64,000 bases of DNA from Octopus vulgaris. Lineage: Eukaryota. Both the position numbers and the translations under genes were made by a program. Where the stretch lies: contig OX597824.1 in assembly GCA_951406725.2 (NCBI GenBank), positions 54,994,001 to 55,058,000 on the forward strand, read 5' to 3'. Shown here piece by piece: positions 57,258 to 64,000 of the stretch. The notes under the pieces are model-generated. The model ran no database searches. It had not been told where the DNA came from and saw nothing but the letters and a program-made list of their open reading frames with translations. Position 1 is the first letter of the stretch, and each line of letters starts with the position of its first letter.

Positions 57258-57568
57258 CATATGTGCGTATACATACATACATACTCATACACACACACAT
57301 ACACACATATATATATACACGTATATACACATAAGTACATACATGCATAAATGTATACATATTTCTATACAAGTGCATACACATACACACACTCACGCGC
57401 CACCTTATATACATAAATACATACATGCACACAAACGCATACTCAAGTAATAAATAATAAGTAATAAATAATAAATAATAAGTATATATACATGCAGTTA
57501 CCCTCTATACAGACGGAAACATTCATATAAACATACACATATATATATATATATATACTCATATATAC

Positions 57569-57601
<33 letters not shown>

Positions 57602-57666
57602 CACCTATCTACACATATGCACATATACACACATACATGCACATACGTATAACTCTACATACCTAC

Positions 57667-57713
<47 letters not shown>

Positions 57714-57838
57714 CATCTACACATCTGTATATACACACACATACATGCATATACACATAACTCTACATACCTACATATACATCGACACACTAGCGTACAC
57801 TTATATATATATATATACATATATATATACACACACAT

Positions 57839-57872
<34 letters not shown>

Positions 57873-58103
57873 GCACATATACATATATATATATACATAT
57901 ATACACACACACACACACATACATATATATACATACATACACACACACATAATACATGCGTATATTCCTACTATACCCATACATTTCTATACATATATAC
58001 GATACACATATACAAGCGTACACATACAATATGTGAAAGGTCTTAGGAGAAAAGGTAATCGGGGGTGCTAGGGGAACGGTGGGATTGGGGGGGGGGGGGG
58101 TCG

Positions 58104-59505
58104 TCAATCTGGTTGCCGGGTAGGTCTATAGTTCTTGTAGTTTGCATAAATCTTATGCATGCAATTTGGGGAGTGTTCTGAGATCTTGTTGAGGAGAGGG
58201 CCTTTGGCGAACAAGATCTCTAGGCTCTCCGAAATGCAAAGGTCACAGCAGGTATGGCCTCCTGTGTACGAACGCGCCTTCTGTAGTAGTTTCCACTTGG
58301 TCTTGAAGGGGATGGAGTTCCTTTTAAGGTACCAGATGTGGGCGGCGAGGGTAGTTTGGTTGGATTTATCCGGTCGCCGGAACGAGTGTGTGTGGGCGTT
58401 CCAGCGGGTCTTAAAGCTGTTTGACGTCATTCCGATGTACGATTTTCTTTTATCATCAGGGCCTGATCTTACCTCGCATGTATAGACGAGGTCCCTCTGT
58501 AGGCAGTTGTTGTTGAGGGGGCAAGTGGTTTTATCAGGGCAGTTGCAATTGCTATCGGATGTTGGATGGGCCTTAGAAAAAGTAGATATATTAAGTTTTT
58601 TCACATTGTTGTTGGCTAGGTTCCTGTCTAGATTGGGCGTGGTAGAGTAGGAGAGTCTAATGGTGTTCTTATTTAGGATAGTATAGTACTTATGTTGGGT
58701 GGGGAAGTGTTTCTGTAGGAGAGTGAAGAAGATTTTAGCTACAGGTGTAGCGACCTCACGGTTGAAGGGGGGGGTTGTACCAGCTAATGTGTCTTCGTCT
58801 ATTTTTCCTGGGTTGGCGTGGGGCTATACTAGTATAGGTGATCTTATCTTTAAAGCCACTGCGGGCCTGGGCCTCGTTGTAATAGGGGGCTGCGGCCTTA
58901 AAGATATCTTCCGTGGCGGACAGGCTAGAAATTCTAATTGAGACACTTTTTACTAGGTTGTCTAATATATTTTTGGGGTGGTTGGAATTAATGTCTGTAT
59001 ATCTAAGGGATTCATTTGGTTTGTGGTACGGGTAATAAAGTGAGGTTTTTAAGTCGAGGGTAACGTCAAGGAAGTTAGCTTTGGTTAAGTTGGATTCTAA
59101 GGTAATCCTAAGGCCTAAGTTTTTAAAGAAAGTGTAAAGATTTTTCCGGAACCCATCCGTGGTCCTGGGGTTTATTTTGTGGAGGGCAAAAAGGCCGTCA
59201 TCGCGGTAAAGACCACCGGAGAGGCCTGTGAATAGGGTCTTCAGCCTATGGAGGATGAAAAGGCCCACTAGGTCACTTATTTCAGCCGAGTCGCTAGCAC
59301 CCATGCTGACGTCGAAGGGGGTCACAGATTTTTTGTTGATCCAGTGGGATCCGTCGTGGAAAAGAAAAGTCTTACGTGCGTGGAGGATCACATCTTGCTC
59401 GGCCTCGGTGATGGTGGAGGACCTCCTAGCGAAGTTAATCGCGTCGATCAGCAAACTCTCCGATATGGAGGCGTAGTAATCCTCGATATCCAGTTGTAGG
59501 AATCG
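58104..59505 (-). pseudogene. PLE reverse transcriptase + C-terminal GIY-YIG endonuclease, 5'-truncated, one frameshift in a G8 run (58767-58774)
   Basis: FLQLDIEDYYASI, FDVSMGASDSAEISDLVG, GLYRDDG, NFLDVTLDL, YHKPN..SNHP, WYNPP/FN, CNCPDKTTCPLNNNCL..VY..YIGMT..FKTR. Confidence 0.9.
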
Positions 59506-59827
59506 TGAGTGAGTGCTTGTGTTCGAGTAGAAAGATAAATGGACTTGCTGTCGTCCCCAGGGGGACGATAGCCAAGATGCTTGTGACCGCGGTCAAAGAT
59601 AACGAAAGTAATAAATGATGATAATAATAAAATTAAAATAAGGGAATGGGTTTGTATGTGTATGTATATGTGTGTATGTGTAGGTATGTATAGGTACACA
59701 TATGTATATATATATATATATATGTGTATATATGGACATGTGTGTATGTATATATGTGTGTGTATGTGTGTATGTGTGTGTATGTATATATTTGTATGTA
59801 TATGTATGTGTGGGCGTATGTGTATAT

Positions 59828-59866
<39 letters not shown>

Positions 59867-60194
59867 GTATATGTGTGTATGTATATGTGTGTGTGTGTGT
59901 GTGTATATATACATATGTGTATATGTATAAGTGAGAGTCTCCTTTATTTACCTAAAACTCTATTCTTCTATTTATTTTTTTATTCTTTTATTTATTCTTT
60001 TATCTACTTTACCACTGACTCCTTGACCACTCCCCTAAGTATGATATTTTTGCGCTATGCCTACCCCCAAAAAGTTCCCCACCACCACCCCTTTAAACCT
60101 GCCTAAATGTATAAATGCCAAAACAATTCTTGTTAACTAGCTTCCTGATGATTTCTCTTGAATGAAACAGTTCTAGTCTTGTAGAAGCTCCTTC

Positions 60195-61467
<1,273 letters not shown>

Positions 61468-61470
<3 letters not shown>

Positions 61471-61913
61471 ACATGTTCACTGACAAAGTCCGTGCTGCAT
61501 CTAAGAAAGTAACAGTTAGTTCGTCATATATATGTACGTATGTATGTGTGTATGTATGCATACATGTGTGTATGTATGTACGTATGCATGTACGCACATA
61601 CGCCTGTGTATGCATGTATGTATGTATGTATATATGTATGTGTGTGTGTATGCACGCACATACACTCTTTAAAACATAAAGCTATAAACCTGTAGCTTTA
61701 TGTTTTATAGAGTGTATGTGCGTGCATATACACACACATACATATATACATACATACATACATACATGCATACACAGGCGTATGTGCGTACATGCATACG
61801 TACATACATACACACATGTATGCATACATACACACATACATACGTACATATATATGACGAACTAACTGTTACTTTCTTAGATGCAGCACGGACTTTGTCA
61901 GTGAACAGGTCGC
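61468..61913. repeat. Near-perfect foldback palindrome (~217-bp arms, 8-nt loop)
   Basis: ...AAAACATAAAGCTA taaacctg TAGCTTTATGTTTT...; arms end GCGACATGTTCAC / GTGAACAGGTCGC. Confidence 0.9.
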
Positions 61914-62112
61914 GGATTTTAGCGACGAAAATAATATTTTGACAAATTAAACTTAAATGTTGAAGTGAATCGAACGGCTTTTGTGTGTTTCTTAAATGGC
62001 TTATAAACACCTTCCACGCTGCAATTGTTTTCGTTTCAGCACACAATCTCAGATCAAATTACTTGCTATGCGAGTACATCTCCGTAATATATATATATAT
62101 ATATATATATAG

Positions 62113-62310
<198 letters not shown>

Positions 62311-62450
62311 CATTCTGGGTGTCAGTCATTTTCTTCAAGGAACATGATTAGTTTCTTGCGGACTATTCGTTCCATGACTTCGCTGATATGTGATGTCAGA
62401 GAGATAGGCCTATAATTTTTAGCATCTGCTCTGCTTCCTCCCTTATAGGG
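62311..62450 (-). mobile_element. CR1/L2-like LINE subfamily B internal RT fragment
   Basis: Encodes [39 protein letters not shown]; homologous to 13440-13577. Confidence 0.8.
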
Positions 62451-62485
62451 CATACTACCCACTCTTTCTATTTGACTGGGGGGCT

Positions 62486-62549
<64 letters not shown>

Positions 62550-62571
62550 ATGTTACATTACTCGGTAGTCA

Positions 62572-62634
62572 AGATAAAACTCTGAGTTTCAGATGCCGAA
62601 GTGGAAATCCACAACACCATCTCTTCGGTTATCT
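62572..62634 (-). ncRNA. Hammerhead-like motif in repeat 62545-62895
   Basis: AGATAA-CCGAAGA-GATG...CATC t-GAA-ACTC a GAGT-T-TTATCT; perfect 6-bp stem I, U4C core. Confidence 0.55.
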
Positions 62635-62913
62635 GGCTATTTGAAAACGTTATGAAAAAATACCGTTAAAAATGAAGGGAAATTACTCTGTTATAACTCT
62701 GCTTTGCCTGCGTACTTATACATCGCTCGCATTTTTCGTCATAAAAATTATATAAAAATACATAAAAATATATAAAAATATATAAAAATATATAAAATCT
62801 TCTTGGGATATAACACAGAAAGCATGTTCTATCCGTTTTCTTTAGGGGACCAAAAACGTAACAGAAATTTAGTCACATGTGGGCATGATCCGAAATATAT
62901 ATATACACATATA

Positions 62914-63980
<1,067 letters not shown>

Positions 63981-64000
63981 CATATTACTCTACCACTGGT

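Overview
Repeat-saturated eukaryotic genomic DNA with no recognisable host gene. By inference from the SINE/LINE repertoire and the extreme (TA)n/(CA)n content it is most likely a cephalopod (Octopus-like) genome. A large part of the window is (TA)n/(TACA)n/(CA)n simple sequence, which produces the many spurious [12 protein letters not shown] ORFs. Embedded in it are: (i) one apparently intact RTE-clade LINE (32931-36125: APE endonuclease + RT, with a C4HC3 PHD-type finger inserted inside the RT); (ii) a ~5.9-kb, ~317-bp-period satellite built from that RTE's 5' UTR and fused to an internally deleted RTE derivative; (iii) about ten CR1/L2-like LINE copies or fragments in three 3'-tail subfamilies, plus two tRNA-derived CORE-type SINEs sharing one LINE tail; (iv) two Penelope-like element (PLE) families with GIY-YIG endonuclease and inverted pseudo-LTRs, one carrying a multi-kb 'microsatellite' 3' region conserved between copies; (v) about 17 type-I hammerhead-ribozyme-like motifs in 8 unrelated repeat families, found by eye, many with palindromic stem III and one with a compensatory U3-A8 core; (vi) several foldback structures, two 100-N gaps, and a probably poor-quality consensus at ~14.0-19.2 kb. 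All ribozyme calls are pattern-based and untested.
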